Of a stretch of 55,284 nt of DNA, positions 1 to 9,751 are shown in pieces. The notes below the pieces were generated by a model. It saw nothing but the letters and a program-made list of their open reading frames with translations, did no database searches and had not been told where the DNA came from. This DNA comes from Patescibacteria group bacterium (GTDB lineage: Bacteria; Patescibacteriota; Microgenomatia; Levybacterales; UBA12049). Each line of letters begins with the position of its first letter. Position 1 is the first letter of the stretch. The stretch is taken from assembly GCA_038063195.1 (NCBI GenBank), contig JBBTVO010000003.1:1-55284 (forward strand). The letters run 5' to 3'. A program made the translations under genes and the position numbers.

Positions 1-64
1 TAAAAAAATCAAAAAGATTAATGCATTGAATTTGAAAAAGATATAAGTTAATATATGAGCGGAC

Positions 65-1480
65 ATGCTAAGAAAAAATTCCCCACGCGGTTTTCCTCTT
101 GCCGAACTTTCCTCAGTAACACCTCTTGACGGAAGATATAGAGAGAAAATAGAAGAACTTTCAGAGTTTACTTCAGAGTTTGGATTGATAAAAATCCGGG
201 TTGAAGTTGAAATAAAATATCTTATCGCGCTTTCCGAAGAAAAGATTGTAAGAAAAATTTCACCGAAGGAAAAAAGTTTATTACTAAATTTAATAAATAA
301 ACTCTCAATAGAAGACGCTGAAAAAGTTAAAGAAATTGAAAATGAGACACGACACGATGTAAAAGCTGTAGAAAGGTTTCTTAGGAATTTTTTGAAAAAC
401 ACAACGCTTAGGGATATTATCGAATTTATTCATTTCGGTTTGACGTCAGAGGATATAAATAATATTTCCTACAGATTAATTCTAAAAAGAGCAACTGGTA
501 GAATTATTATTCCAGTTCTTCTTGAGATTATTAATGAGCTTTGTGAAATTGCAGAAAAAAATAAGAAGGTGGTAATGCTTGCAAGAACTCATGGACAACC
601 GGCAGTCCCAACTACTCTTGGTAAAGAAATTGTAATTTTTGCCGATAGACTTAATAAGCAGTTTTTAAAACTTAAAGATCAAAATTTGACGGGAAAAATT
701 ACTGGAGCAGTAGGGAATTACAACTCGTTAAAACTTTCTTACCCCAAGACAGACTGGATAAAATTTTCTGAAAAGTTTGTCAACTCTCTCGGGCTTACTC
801 CAAATATTATTACTACGCAAATAAATCCTTACGATGATTTTGCGCAGTATTTCCAGACAATCGAGCGAATAAATAATATTCTTATAGATTTTTCACAGGA
901 TGCGTGGCGTTATATAAGCGATGGTTGGTTTACCCAAAAAGTTAAAAAGGGAGAAGTCGGGTCCTCTGCAATGCCGCAAAAAGTAAATCCAATTGATTTT
1001 GAAAACAGCGAGGGGAATCTAGGAATGGCAAATTCAATTCTTGAGTTTATGGCAAGAAAGCTTCCTGTTTCGCGACTTCAAAGAGATTTATCGGATAGTA
1101 CGGTGATAAGAAATATCGGGACTGCACTTGGGTTTAGTTTAATTGGCTACAAAAGTTTGTTGATAGGTCTATCAAGAATCACACCGAATATTGAAAAGAT
1201 TTCTGAAGATTTAAATAATGATTGGTCAATACTCGCAGAAGCGGCACAGACACTTCTTAGAAAAGAAGGAGTCACAGATCCATATTCCATGCTTCTTTCT
1301 TTGACGCGCGGAAAACATATTAAAAGTTCTGATTGGAAAAGTTTGATAAATAAACTGAAGGTTGATAAAAAAATAAAAGATGAATTAGTAAGTTTGACAC
1401 CTGAAAAATATATCGGTCTCTCCGTGGAGATTACAGAAAAAGCCATAAAAGAAATAAAGCAGGGGAAGAGTAGTGTGTAA
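65..1480 (+). CDS. purB: adenylosuccinate lyase
   Basis: 471-aa ORF with fumarate-lyase signature GSSAMPQKVNP; TTGAAT-17-TAATAT boxes at 26-54. Confidence 0.9.
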   Translation: MLRKNSPRGFPLAELSSVTPLDGRYREKIEELSEFTSEFGLIKIRVEVEIKYLIALSEEKIVRKISPKEKSLLLNLINKLSIEDAEKVKEIENETRHDVKAVERFLRNFLKNTTLRDIIEFIHFGLTSEDINNISYRLILKRATGRIIIPVLLEIINELCEIAEKNKKVVMLARTHGQPAVPTTLGKEIVIFADRLNKQFLKLKDQNLTGKITGAVGNYNSLKLSYPKTDWIKFSEKFVNSLGLTPNIITTQINPYDDFAQYFQTIERINNILIDFSQDAWRYISDGWFTQKVKKGEVGSSAMPQKVNPIDFENSEGNLGMANSILEFMARKLPVSRLQRDLSDSTVIRNIGTALGFSLIGYKSLLIGLSRITPNIEKISEDLNNDWSILAEAAQTLLRKEGVTDPYSMLLSLTRGKHIKSSDWKSLINKLKVDKKIKDELVSLTPEKYIGLSVEITEKAIKEIKQGKSSV

Positions 1481-1500
1481 ATTTGCTCAGCAATCATAAA

Positions 1501-2220
1501 ATGGCAAGAAGTAAAGAAAATTTGGTTTCTCTTGGTTCTGGAGGATCAACGTTTCTAAATCTTGGAGTGGGTATAAGTCGTGGATTTGTACCAAAGCTTA
1601 ATTTGAGTGGTCTTATTATCTCTGAAGAAAATGAGATTAATGTTCCCAATGCAAGAAGGTTGGGAGCTCCATGGAGAGTTGTAAATCAAGAATCTTTTAG
1701 AGGAGATGATGGTAAGGTTGATGAGTACGGATTTGGACAAGCATTGAATAAAGCTATAGCAGAGCTTGGAGGAACAGTTGTTTCTCAAAACGGCTGGTTA
1801 CAGAAAACCCCTAGGAATACAATAGAGCAATATTCTGGCGTAATTTATAATCAACATCCAGGGCCCAAGAGAGAAACTCGAGCGACTCATGGTAAACGAT
1901 CCCACGCAATAATGCTTGAGCTTGTTAGATTGACCGGAAGAAATGAGGGGACAGATGTAATAATTCACAGAATTGATGAGAAATGGGATCATGGGGAAAC
2001 CGTTGCGATAAGTCATGTTCCAATCTTTGAAGCGGACACTCCTGAAAGTCTACAAAGGGCTGCTTTGTATTTTGAATATATACTGCAATTAGATCATTGG
2101 AGAAGAGTAGTCGAGGATAAAGTTACAAACGTTTCTGAGCCGGTCTATATGAGACCTGGAGAGGAGCATCTACTTATAGAAGCACGAGACAGAGCAAAAG
2201 AAATTTATCCAAATGGGTAA
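1501..2220 (+). CDS. formyltransferase-fold protein, divergent PurN-like
   Basis: SLGSGGST, NQHPGP and HRIDEKWDHGETV resemble the PurN SGSGTN / NIHPSLLP / H..D.G motifs. Sits between purB and purM-like. ATG at 1501 preferred over the TTG at 1483. Confidence 0.55.
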   Translation: MARSKENLVSLGSGGSTFLNLGVGISRGFVPKLNLSGLIISEENEINVPNARRLGAPWRVVNQESFRGDDGKVDEYGFGQALNKAIAELGGTVVSQNGWLQKTPRNTIEQYSGVIYNQHPGPKRETRATHGKRSHAIMLELVRLTGRNEGTDVIIHRIDEKWDHGETVAISHVPIFEADTPESLQRAALYFEYILQLDHWRRVVEDKVTNVSEPVYMRPGEEHLLIEARDRAKEIYPNG

Positions 2221-2225
2221 AATAT

Positions 2226-3335
2226 ATGTCAAAAAATAAAAAGAAGATTACTTATTCACAATCTGGGGTGAATTATGAATCAATGGATCCTGTTAAAAAA
2301 TTGGCTCAATCTGCTGCTAAAGATACTGCTCGAAATTTGACCAAAAAAGGATTCCTAGAGGCTGAAGACTCACGGGGCGAGTCTGCTTATGTTTGGAAAC
2401 AAGGCAGTGTTTATATGGCCACGGTAATAGAAGGATTAGGCACCAAAAATTTGGTAGCAGACGAAATGAGAAAGGTTACAGGGAAAACTTACTACGATAA
2501 CATTGGACACGATGCAGTAAGCGCAATTATTAATGATCTGATTTCCGTTGGAGCGCGTCCGCTTACTATACATGCATATTGGGCAGTTGGAGATAGCTCA
2601 TGGCTTGAAGATTCGAAAAGAATGAAGGATTTGGTTAAAGGTTGGAAAAAGGCAAGTGATTTATCCGGGGCGTCTTGGGGCGGTGGAGAAACCCCAACTT
2701 ATAAAGGAATTATAAATCCAAAAACTATAGATTTGGGTGGATCGGCGGTTGGATTTATACCAAATAAAAGTCAACTCCTAACAGACAAGAGAATTAAAAT
2801 TGGAGACAGCATAATACTTCTAAAAAGTAGTGGAATCAACGTAAATGGCTTGTCCTTAGCTCGGGCGATTGCTGAAAAACTACCTAAAAAATATGCAACA
2901 AAAGTAAACGGAAAATTATATGGAGAAACACTTTTAGTTAGATCTCATATTTACGCAAAATTAATTGCAGATTTATTCGATGCCGGAATTGATATTCATT
3001 ACTTATCAAGCATCACAGGACATGGCCTTCGCAAAGTTATGAGAGGAAAGCCGAAATTTACTTACGTTATTGAAAAAATATTTAAACCCCAAGAGATTTT
3101 TGATTTCATACAAAAACACGCAAATCTTGATGATTACGAAATGTATCAGACTTACAATATGGGAATGGATTATGCGATTTTTGTACCAAAAAAAGATACT
3201 GCAAGAACTTTAAGAATTATTAAGAAAAATAAATTTCAGGGAATTGATGCTGGATATGTCGAAAAAGGTGAGAAGCAGGTGATTATAAAACCAAAAAATT
3301 TAGTTTTTAAAGGCGATACTCTAGATCTGCGTTAG
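2226..3335 (+). CDS. purM: AIR synthase family protein (phosphoribosylformylglycinamidine cyclo-ligase-like)
   Basis: EGLGTKN, INDLISVGARP and GGGETP motifs typical of the PurM/AIR synthase family; purine gene context. Confidence 0.7.
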   Translation: MSKNKKKITYSQSGVNYESMDPVKKLAQSAAKDTARNLTKKGFLEAEDSRGESAYVWKQGSVYMATVIEGLGTKNLVADEMRKVTGKTYYDNIGHDAVSAIINDLISVGARPLTIHAYWAVGDSSWLEDSKRMKDLVKGWKKASDLSGASWGGGETPTYKGIINPKTIDLGGSAVGFIPNKSQLLTDKRIKIGDSIILLKSSGINVNGLSLARAIAEKLPKKYATKVNGKLYGETLLVRSHIYAKLIADLFDAGIDIHYLSSITGHGLRKVMRGKPKFTYVIEKIFKPQEIFDFIQKHANLDDYEMYQTYNMGMDYAIFVPKKDTARTLRIIKKNKFQGIDAGYVEKGEKQVIIKPKNLVFKGDTLDLR

Positions 3336-3345
3336 CGCATAAAGG

Positions 3346-3420
3346 CTACAGAGTATTGTTAATAAGCTTATCGTAAAGAGAGAGATACGCCTTTGCGCTT
3401 TTATCCCACGAAAAATCCAT
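3346..3420 (-). pseudogene. decayed C-terminal fragment of a second glycogen-synthase-like gene
   Basis: Minus-strand reading MDFSWDKSAKAYLSLYDKLINNTL* parallels the glgA C-terminus KDVSWKKSARQYRTIYRKAIEK just upstream. The frame is closed by stops further 5'. Confidence 0.4.
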
Positions 3421-3539
3421 AGACAAGGCGGTGAAGCTTCATGTGTGACATCAGACGCTTTGCGCGCCGGGGGGCGCAAGTATTATCCATTTCCCTGAAT
3501 TTTTATCTTCTATGAACTTGAAATCCGCCATATTTTAGA

Positions 3540-5021
3540 TTACACATTATTTTTTAAGGATTGCCGCTTTTCAATAGCCTTTCTATAAATAGTTCTGTAC
3601 TGCCGAGCTGACTTCTTCCACGATACGTCCTTATGCATAGCATGAAGAATCATTCCGGCCCACTTACTTTCTCTTACCCTTCGTAACTTTCTTAAATTTT
3701 GATAATCAGAATACAAATTAACCGCACGAGCTATAGTAGAAAGAAGTGCTTCCTGGTTAAATTCTACAAAGCCAAATCCATTATATTCATCCCTGACAGC
3801 ATCCTTAAGACCTCCAACTAGATGAACAAGAGGCAATGTCCCATAACGCATGGCAATCATATCCGTGAGTCCGCATGGCTCAAATTTTGAAGGCATTAGG
3901 AGTATGTCGCTACCTGCGTAAATAAGCTTGCTAAGCGGATGTTCAAACGTAAATATTGCTTTCATTCTATCAGAATAGCGTTTGGCCATTTCTTTAAAGC
4001 TCTTTACATAGTCTAGTCTCCCTTGGCCCAATAAAAAAAATGTGACGTCCATCTCCATAAACTTCGGGAACGCTTCAAGAAGTAAATCTATACCTTTCTG
4101 ATCATCCAATCTCGTAATCATTGATATGACCGGTTGATCCATCCGATGCTGCAGCTTGAAGTGACGAAGAAGTTTTTCTTTATTCTTAGGTTTTATGTCG
4201 AAAACATTTGAAGTACCATACGAATGATACAAATCATTCTCTTTCCTCGGGTCATATTCATGGACGTCGATCCCGTTTAATATCCCGTAAAAATCCTTTT
4301 TTTTACTCTTGATAGTGTTTTCTAGCCCATAAGCATTCTGAGAGATAGAAAGTTCTCGTGCATATGTAGGGCTAACAGTTGTAAGCATGTCAGCATTTAA
4401 TATTTCTTGCTCCACCAGATTGATATCTCCCCCTTGATTTTTCCTGTATGTCGTAAGATCTTTTTTTGCTATTTCCGCAAAATCGAGAATTGAATCACTT
4501 ACTTGTCCTTGCGCCCGAATACTATGAATGGTCAAAATTGTCGCAATTTTCCCAATAACCGGATGGTCCTTATAGATTGTATTTCGAAACAAGGCAATCA
4601 GCCCTGTGTAAAAATCATGGGTATGGATGACGTCAGGCTGAAAATCCCATTGAGGAATAAGCTCGAGTACTGCTTTGGAAAAAAAAGCGTAGCGCGCCGC
4701 CTCAAGAAATCCATTAAAATCTCTGTACATGATCGGACTGTAAAAATACCGCCTGTTTTCCAAAATATATACCGGTACCACTCGAAGATAATCGGTTTTC
4801 CATACAGTAACATGTTCCTCTAATCCAGCCATTGAAACTGAATACTCAAGCTTTTTTTTCAACTGGTAGCGCTTGAAGTCTATAGACGTTGTAAAAGGTA
4901 TCACAATGCGAGTGGTTATGCCAAGAGTATGTAGTTGATTTGGAAGAGCGCTCACAACATCACCTAAACCGCCCAACTGTGAAATCTGAGCAACTTCCGA
5001 TGCGGCAAATAAGATATTCAT
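3540..5021 (-). CDS. glgA: glycogen/starch synthase
   Basis: N-terminal MNILFAASEVAQISQLGGLGDVVSALP (KTGGLGDV-type motif); GT5/GT1 C-terminal half. Confidence 0.85.
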   Translation of the reverse strand: MNILFAASEVAQISQLGGLGDVVSALPNQLHTLGITTRIVIPFTTSIDFKRYQLKKKLEYSVSMAGLEEHVTVWKTDYLRVVPVYILENRRYFYSPIMYRDFNGFLEAARYAFFSKAVLELIPQWDFQPDVIHTHDFYTGLIALFRNTIYKDHPVIGKIATILTIHSIRAQGQVSDSILDFAEIAKKDLTTYRKNQGGDINLVEQEILNADMLTTVSPTYARELSISQNAYGLENTIKSKKKDFYGILNGIDVHEYDPRKENDLYHSYGTSNVFDIKPKNKEKLLRHFKLQHRMDQPVISMITRLDDQKGIDLLLEAFPKFMEMDVTFFLLGQGRLDYVKSFKEMAKRYSDRMKAIFTFEHPLSKLIYAGSDILLMPSKFEPCGLTDMIAMRYGTLPLVHLVGGLKDAVRDEYNGFGFVEFNQEALLSTIARAVNLYSDYQNLRKLRRVRESKWAGMILHAMHKDVSWKKSARQYRTIYRKAIEKRQSLKNNV

Positions 5022-6070
5022 ATTTTATTGATAACTGTATCGTATATTTTTTCGTATCGATCAACCATTTTTTCTATAGTGAATTGATTTTCTACTTTCT
5101 GTCTGCAAGAAAATCTATCTATCTGATCTACTTTTTTTACTGCTCCCACAATCCCATCTATACCATCTTTTTCTTCAACGATAAAACCAGTTTTACCATC
5201 CTCAATAATCTCGGGTACTGAACCTCGTCTATAAGCAATCACAGGAGTTCCGCATGCAAGACTTTCTGCCATTACCAATCCAAACGGTTCTTCCCAATGA
5301 ATAGGCATAAGTGTACAATAAGCGTTTTGATAATACTTTATCGCTTCTTTTGGAGTGATATCACCCGTTAGTGTAATCAATTTATCATTAAGTAAAGGTT
5401 TGACCTCTGTTTCAAAAAATTCTTTATTACCCCCAATCAAATGACCAGCAAAAATCAATGGCATTTGAAGCTTCTTAGCAACTAATAACACATCCTTTGC
5501 GCCCTTTGAATTAGTAATCCTTCCCGTCCAAAATAGATAATTACCCCGTGATGATGAAAAAGAAAATTTTTGAGTATCAATACCGTTATAAACAGTATCA
5601 ATGAAATTCCATGGCAAACCCTGACGTTGATTATTGCTTATGCTAATCAATCTCTGATTTCTGTACTGGACATAAAACTGATATTCATCACTATCTTTAT
5701 CTTGAGACAATAAATTATGCAGTGTATGTACAGTCGGTACTGTTGTAAGACTAGCAAAGGGAAAACACCAATAATCAGCATGGCTATGTATGATATCAAA
5801 GTCACGTGCTCGCCTATAAGCTTCAGAGATATTAAAAATAGTATAGGAAGGATTTTCCCATGCAATTTTTCCAGCCATAGGACTTATCACTGAAGAAACC
5901 AATCTTGCTTGTGTTTTGGAACTGGAAGTAGCAAAAAGCGTAACTTCATGACCTCGCCTTACTAACTCTTCGGTGATTGAGCTAGCTACACGCTCTATTC
6001 CTCCATAATGCGCTGGGGGAACATCATTCCATATTGGTGCAATTTGGGCAATACGAAGTTTTTTAAGCAT
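5018..6070 (-). CDS. GT4-family glycosyltransferase
   Basis: EEPFGLVMAESLACGTPVIAYRRGSVPEIIEDGKTGF (E-x7-E GT4 motif); 4-nt overlap with the glgA start. Confidence 0.8.
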   Translation of the reverse strand: MLKKLRIAQIAPIWNDVPPAHYGGIERVASSITEELVRRGHEVTLFATSSSKTQARLVSSVISPMAGKIAWENPSYTIFNISEAYRRARDFDIIHSHADYWCFPFASLTTVPTVHTLHNLLSQDKDSDEYQFYVQYRNQRLISISNNQRQGLPWNFIDTVYNGIDTQKFSFSSSRGNYLFWTGRITNSKGAKDVLLVAKKLQMPLIFAGHLIGGNKEFFETEVKPLLNDKLITLTGDITPKEAIKYYQNAYCTLMPIHWEEPFGLVMAESLACGTPVIAYRRGSVPEIIEDGKTGFIVEEKDGIDGIVGAVKKVDQIDRFSCRQKVENQFTIEKMVDRYEKIYDTVINKI

Positions 6071-6313
6071 GAGACATTTTATTATACTGGTATCCTCAAA
6101 CCCAACACAAGAACTAAAGTGCTTTTCTTAGACAAGAATAGAAATGTCCTAGTAAGCACAATAGAAATGTCCGCTTTTCAAAAACGGATCAAGCTCCCAA
6201 ACGGTAAATAAAACTTTCATCACACTAATTATATCATTAAAAATGTCTTGCGGGAATCAAAGATTATCCCAAAGGTGGTTTTTCTTATAAAACATTGGAG
6301 GTATAATACTGGG

Positions 6314-6856
6314 GTGCAAAAGCAAGACATTGCAATTCTTCTGAAAGAGAAAATCGGGTTTATTATTTTCTTTGCTACACTTGTAAGCCTTACCCTTATC
6401 CATAATCAAATTAAAGCCTTTCATTCAGCTCAAATTTCAAACCAGAAGATTGCAAGCCCGCTTTCTAAGACGACTCCCACTCCAACTTCAACGCCGACAC
6501 CAAGCCCAACACCGACTCCGACAACAACGCCTACGCCAACTCTTAAGCCGAGACTAATTCCAACCAAAATTCCTCTGCCAACATCAACTCCGACTCCCGA
6601 TCCGAAGAGTCCGGACAATCCCGCCATCTGGGAAAGTATTGCTGACTGCGAGACACATAGTAACTGGAGTGCTGATACGGGCAACGGATATTTTGGAGGA
6701 CTCCAATTTTCCCAAGGCGCTTGGAATTCGGTGAATGGTGCCGGAAATCCCGCGCAAGCGTCAAAAGATGAGCAGATAACGCGGGGAAAAATGCTTAAGA
6801 ATTTGAGAGGTTGGGGAGTGTGGGGAGCCTGCGCCGCAAAGCTGGGATTAAATTGA
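6314..6856 (+). CDS. resuscitation-promoting-factor (Rpf) type transglycosylase-like protein with PT-rich linker
   Basis: C-terminus IWESIADCETHSNWSADTGNGYFGGLQFSQGAWNSVNG...ASKDEQI...GWGVWGACAAKLGL matches the Rpf domain. N-terminal TM segment and TPTPTSTPTPSPTP linker. GTG at 6314 lies 10 nt after GGAGGT. Confidence 0.85.
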   Translation: MQKQDIAILLKEKIGFIIFFATLVSLTLIHNQIKAFHSAQISNQKIASPLSKTTPTPTSTPTPSPTPTPTTTPTPTLKPRLIPTKIPLPTSTPTPDPKSPDNPAIWESIADCETHSNWSADTGNGYFGGLQFSQGAWNSVNGAGNPAQASKDEQITRGKMLKNLRGWGVWGACAAKLGLN

Positions 6857-6909
6857 TATTTTTATCTGTTATAATTATTTTGTAAAGGTGAAGCACAATT
6901 TTTTAAAAA

Positions 6910-7116
6910 ATGAAAGACAAAGTTGTAAACGACTTGCAAAATATCAGGATAAAGAAAAATATGACACAAGAGCAGCTTGCTTCTGAAATTGGTGTAACAC
7001 GGCAGACAATTATCGCAATTGAAAAAGGAAATTATACGCCTTCTGTTCTACTTGCTCTTAAGATTGCCAAATATTTTCATATGTCTGTTGAAAAAATTTT
7101 TAAAATAAAAAATTAA
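6910..7116 (+). CDS. XRE-family HTH transcriptional regulator
   Basis: [29 protein letters not shown] helix-turn-helix. Confidence 0.85.
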   Translation: MKDKVVNDLQNIRIKKNMTQEQLASEIGVTRQTIIAIEKGNYTPSVLLALKIAKYFHMSVEKIFKIKN

Positions 7117-7117
7117 T

Positions 7118-7471
7118 ATGATTATCGAAACGATTAGCGCAATAGCAATACTGGGAATTGCAATTCTTTTTCTTAATCCGGGACATCTCAGTATGCCTGA
7201 GAGTATGCAATCAATGTTGATTGTAGGATTAATTGTGTCTTTCTTAACATTTGCAGCATTTATCTTTAGAGAAAAATCTTCTGATGAAAGAGAATCGATG
7301 CATATCCTCACTGCCGGAAGAATTTCCTATCTTGTTGGGGTTGGAGCATTAATCCTCGGAATTATTATGCAGGCGTTAAAGCATGAAATTGATCCATGGC
7401 TTGTAATTGCACTTTGTGCAATGGTATTTTCTAAACTTCTTTCAAGGATTTACTCTCATTTCAAAATGTAA
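7118..7471 (+). CDS. small multi-pass membrane protein
   Basis: Hydrophobic segments; starts 2 nt after the HTH gene. Confidence 0.5.
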   Translation: MIIETISAIAILGIAILFLNPGHLSMPESMQSMLIVGLIVSFLTFAAFIFREKSSDERESMHILTAGRISYLVGVGALILGIIMQALKHEIDPWLVIALCAMVFSKLLSRIYSHFKM

Positions 7472-7534
7472 AGCCTACTTGACATTTGTATTTTTATTTA
7501 TTACGATAATTAAGATGGGAGGTGAATCAAGTAA

Positions 7535-8023
7535 ATGAAAAATCCAATTATAATTTTTGTTCTAGTTACAATTGTTGCGGCTATAGGTATTGGCGCATAT
7601 ACTATTTCTCAAAAATCTTCTTCGCAGTCAGATTCCATGGCGAAAAAAGATGATGTATCCATCATACAAAAGGACGAAGGCACGATGGATAAAAGTGCCG
7701 GCTCCCGTTACGTTGAGTATTCAAGGGAGGCGTACGATCAAGCAGCAAGTAAACGTCGAGTGCTCTATTTTTACGCGACTTGGTGTCCATCGTGTAAACA
7801 GGCTAATGCAGATTTTACCGCAAACCCAAACAAAATCCCAGAAGATGTGGTAGTATTGCGGGTTAATTACAACGATCCTGATACAGATCAGGAAGAAAAA
7901 GATCTGGCTAAAAAGCATGGCATTATCTACCAACACACATTTGTTCAAATTGATATACAAGGAAATCAATTAACAAAGTGGAATGGCGGACAAACCGACG
8001 AACTTCTGGAAAATATTAAGTAA
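7535..8023 (+). CDS. membrane-anchored thioredoxin-like protein
   Basis: N-terminal TM segment, WCPSC redox motif; SD GGGAGGTGA upstream. Confidence 0.7.
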   Translation: MKNPIIIFVLVTIVAAIGIGAYTISQKSSSQSDSMAKKDDVSIIQKDEGTMDKSAGSRYVEYSREAYDQAASKRRVLYFYATWCPSCKQANADFTANPNKIPEDVVVLRVNYNDPDTDQEEKDLAKKHGIIYQHTFVQIDIQGNQLTKWNGGQTDELLENIK

Positions 8024-8026
8024 GTT

Positions 8027-9748
8027 ATGATTTTACTTGTCGTATTTGCATTTTTGGCGGGAGTAGTAACGATACTCTCGCCGTGTATATTGCCCGTTTT
8101 GCCAATAATCCTGTCTTCTTCTGTTGATACTACAGGAAAAAGACGGCCGCTCGGAGTGGTCGTAGGGTTTGTCTTAAGCTTTACCTTTTTTACCTTATTC
8201 CTTTCAATAATTGTAAGACTAAGCGGCATCCCTGCTGAATCCCTGCGTTTTGTATCTATCTTTATTTTGATTATCTTTGGTTTAAGTTTATTCGTTCCGA
8301 AAATTCAAGCATTGATGGAGAAAATGTTTAGTAATTTAAGCCGCTTTGCCCCAAGCGGGCAAACGAAGCATGGATTTTTTGGGGGATTAATTATTGGTCT
8401 TTCTCTTGGGCTGCTTTGGACTCCATGTGTCGGGCCAATACTTGCATCGGTTATATCTTTGGCAATTACGGGTACTGTAACATTTCAGGCTTTTATTATC
8501 ACTCTTTCTTACTCTTTGGGAACTTCTATTCCGATGTTTATTATTATGATTGGCGGTCAGAATATATTAAGACGCGTACCATGGATTTTGACTAATTCAG
8601 CAAAGATACAAAAAGCCTTCGGTGTCGTTATGATCATTACTGCTATTGGAATTTTCTTTAATCTTGACAGGAAATTTCAAACTTTTATTTTAAATACCTT
8701 CCCAAATTATGGAGTGGGATTGACTAAATTTGAAGACAACCAAATGGTCAAACAAAAACTTAAGGAAATAAATCAAAAACCAATGGAGGAAACAAACATC
8801 GGAAAGCCAATGTCAGAACTTATATTACCCAAGGGTCCAAGTGCTCCTGAAATTATTCCAGGCGGAGTTTGGTTCAATAGTAAACCGCTTAAGCTTTCAG
8901 AACTTCGAGGCAAGGTAGTAGTTATCGATTTTTGGACATACTCTTGCATAAATTGCCAGCGCACGATGCCTTATCTTCGAAGCTGGTGGGAGAAATACAA
9001 AGATAAGGGGTTGGTTATAATTGGGGTTCATTCGCCTGAGTTTGAATTTGAAAAAAATGAAAATAATGTAGCCCGTGCAATTTCTGATTTTAAACTTACT
9101 TATCCCATTGTTCAAGATAATGATTTTGCCACTTGGCAGGCTTACGACAATCATTACTGGCCGGCAAAATATTTTATTGATAAGGATGGAATAATTCGCT
9201 TCACGCATTTTGGAGAAGGCGCATATGATGAAAGCGAAGAAGTTATTCGAAAACTTCTTGCGGAAACCGGATCGGTTATCCCCACAGGATTCGTATCAAA
9301 TCCTCAATATGAAGTATATTCCAAAACTCCAGAAACTTATCTAGGGTATTTACGAACTCAGAATCTATCCTCACCCGAAAAAATCAATAAAGATGCTTCA
9401 GGGGTTTATACATCTCCTCAAAATTTACCCAATAATTATTTTGCCTACGAAGGTGTGTGGAATATTATGTCAGAGTACGCAAGCCCTGCCAAGAGTTCCA
9501 AATTGCATCTTAATTTTGAATCAAAAGAAGTCTTTCTGGTCGCCCGGTCCAAAGGCAAAACCTCAAGTTTTAAGGTTTATCTCGATGGGGAATTAAAATA
9601 TTTTGGAGAGGATAATCATAATGGGGTAGTGAATGTTGATTCAGACAGATTATACAAGCTTATTAATCTTCCGACTCCCGGACGCCATATCTTAAAAATC
9701 GAATTTGAAGACGGTAATGCAGAAGTTTACGCATTTACATTTGGGTAA
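8027..9748 (+). CDS. CcdA/DsbD-type thiol:disulfide transporter fused to a thioredoxin-like domain (DipZ-like)
   Basis: N-terminal multi-TM region with conserved Cys (LSPCILPV, WTPCVGP), then FWTYSCINCQRTMPYL redoxin domain and a C-terminal beta domain. Confidence 0.8.
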   Translation: MILLVVFAFLAGVVTILSPCILPVLPIILSSSVDTTGKRRPLGVVVGFVLSFTFFTLFLSIIVRLSGIPAESLRFVSIFILIIFGLSLFVPKIQALMEKMFSNLSRFAPSGQTKHGFFGGLIIGLSLGLLWTPCVGPILASVISLAITGTVTFQAFIITLSYSLGTSIPMFIIMIGGQNILRRVPWILTNSAKIQKAFGVVMIITAIGIFFNLDRKFQTFILNTFPNYGVGLTKFEDNQMVKQKLKEINQKPMEETNIGKPMSELILPKGPSAPEIIPGGVWFNSKPLKLSELRGKVVVIDFWTYSCINCQRTMPYLRSWWEKYKDKGLVIIGVHSPEFEFEKNENNVARAISDFKLTYPIVQDNDFATWQAYDNHYWPAKYFIDKDGIIRFTHFGEGAYDESEEVIRKLLAETGSVIPTGFVSNPQYEVYSKTPETYLGYLRTQNLSSPEKINKDASGVYTSPQNLPNNYFAYEGVWNIMSEYASPAKSSKLHLNFESKEVFLVARSKGKTSSFKVYLDGELKYFGEDNHNGVVNVDSDRLYKLINLPTPGRHILKIEFEDGNAEVYAFTFG

Positions 9749-9751
9749 ATG

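Noticed and set aside
3460-3480. TTGCGC-GCCGGGG-GCGCAA hairpin as the purM/glgA terminator
   Set aside because: The stem is only 6 bp with no U-tract, and it lies inside what looks like decayed coding DNA.
6430-6764. Minus-strand ORFs (GV-rich 84 aa, 73 aa) inside the Rpf-like gene
   Set aside because: These are complements of the PT-repeat linker. The plus-strand frame carries a clear Rpf domain.
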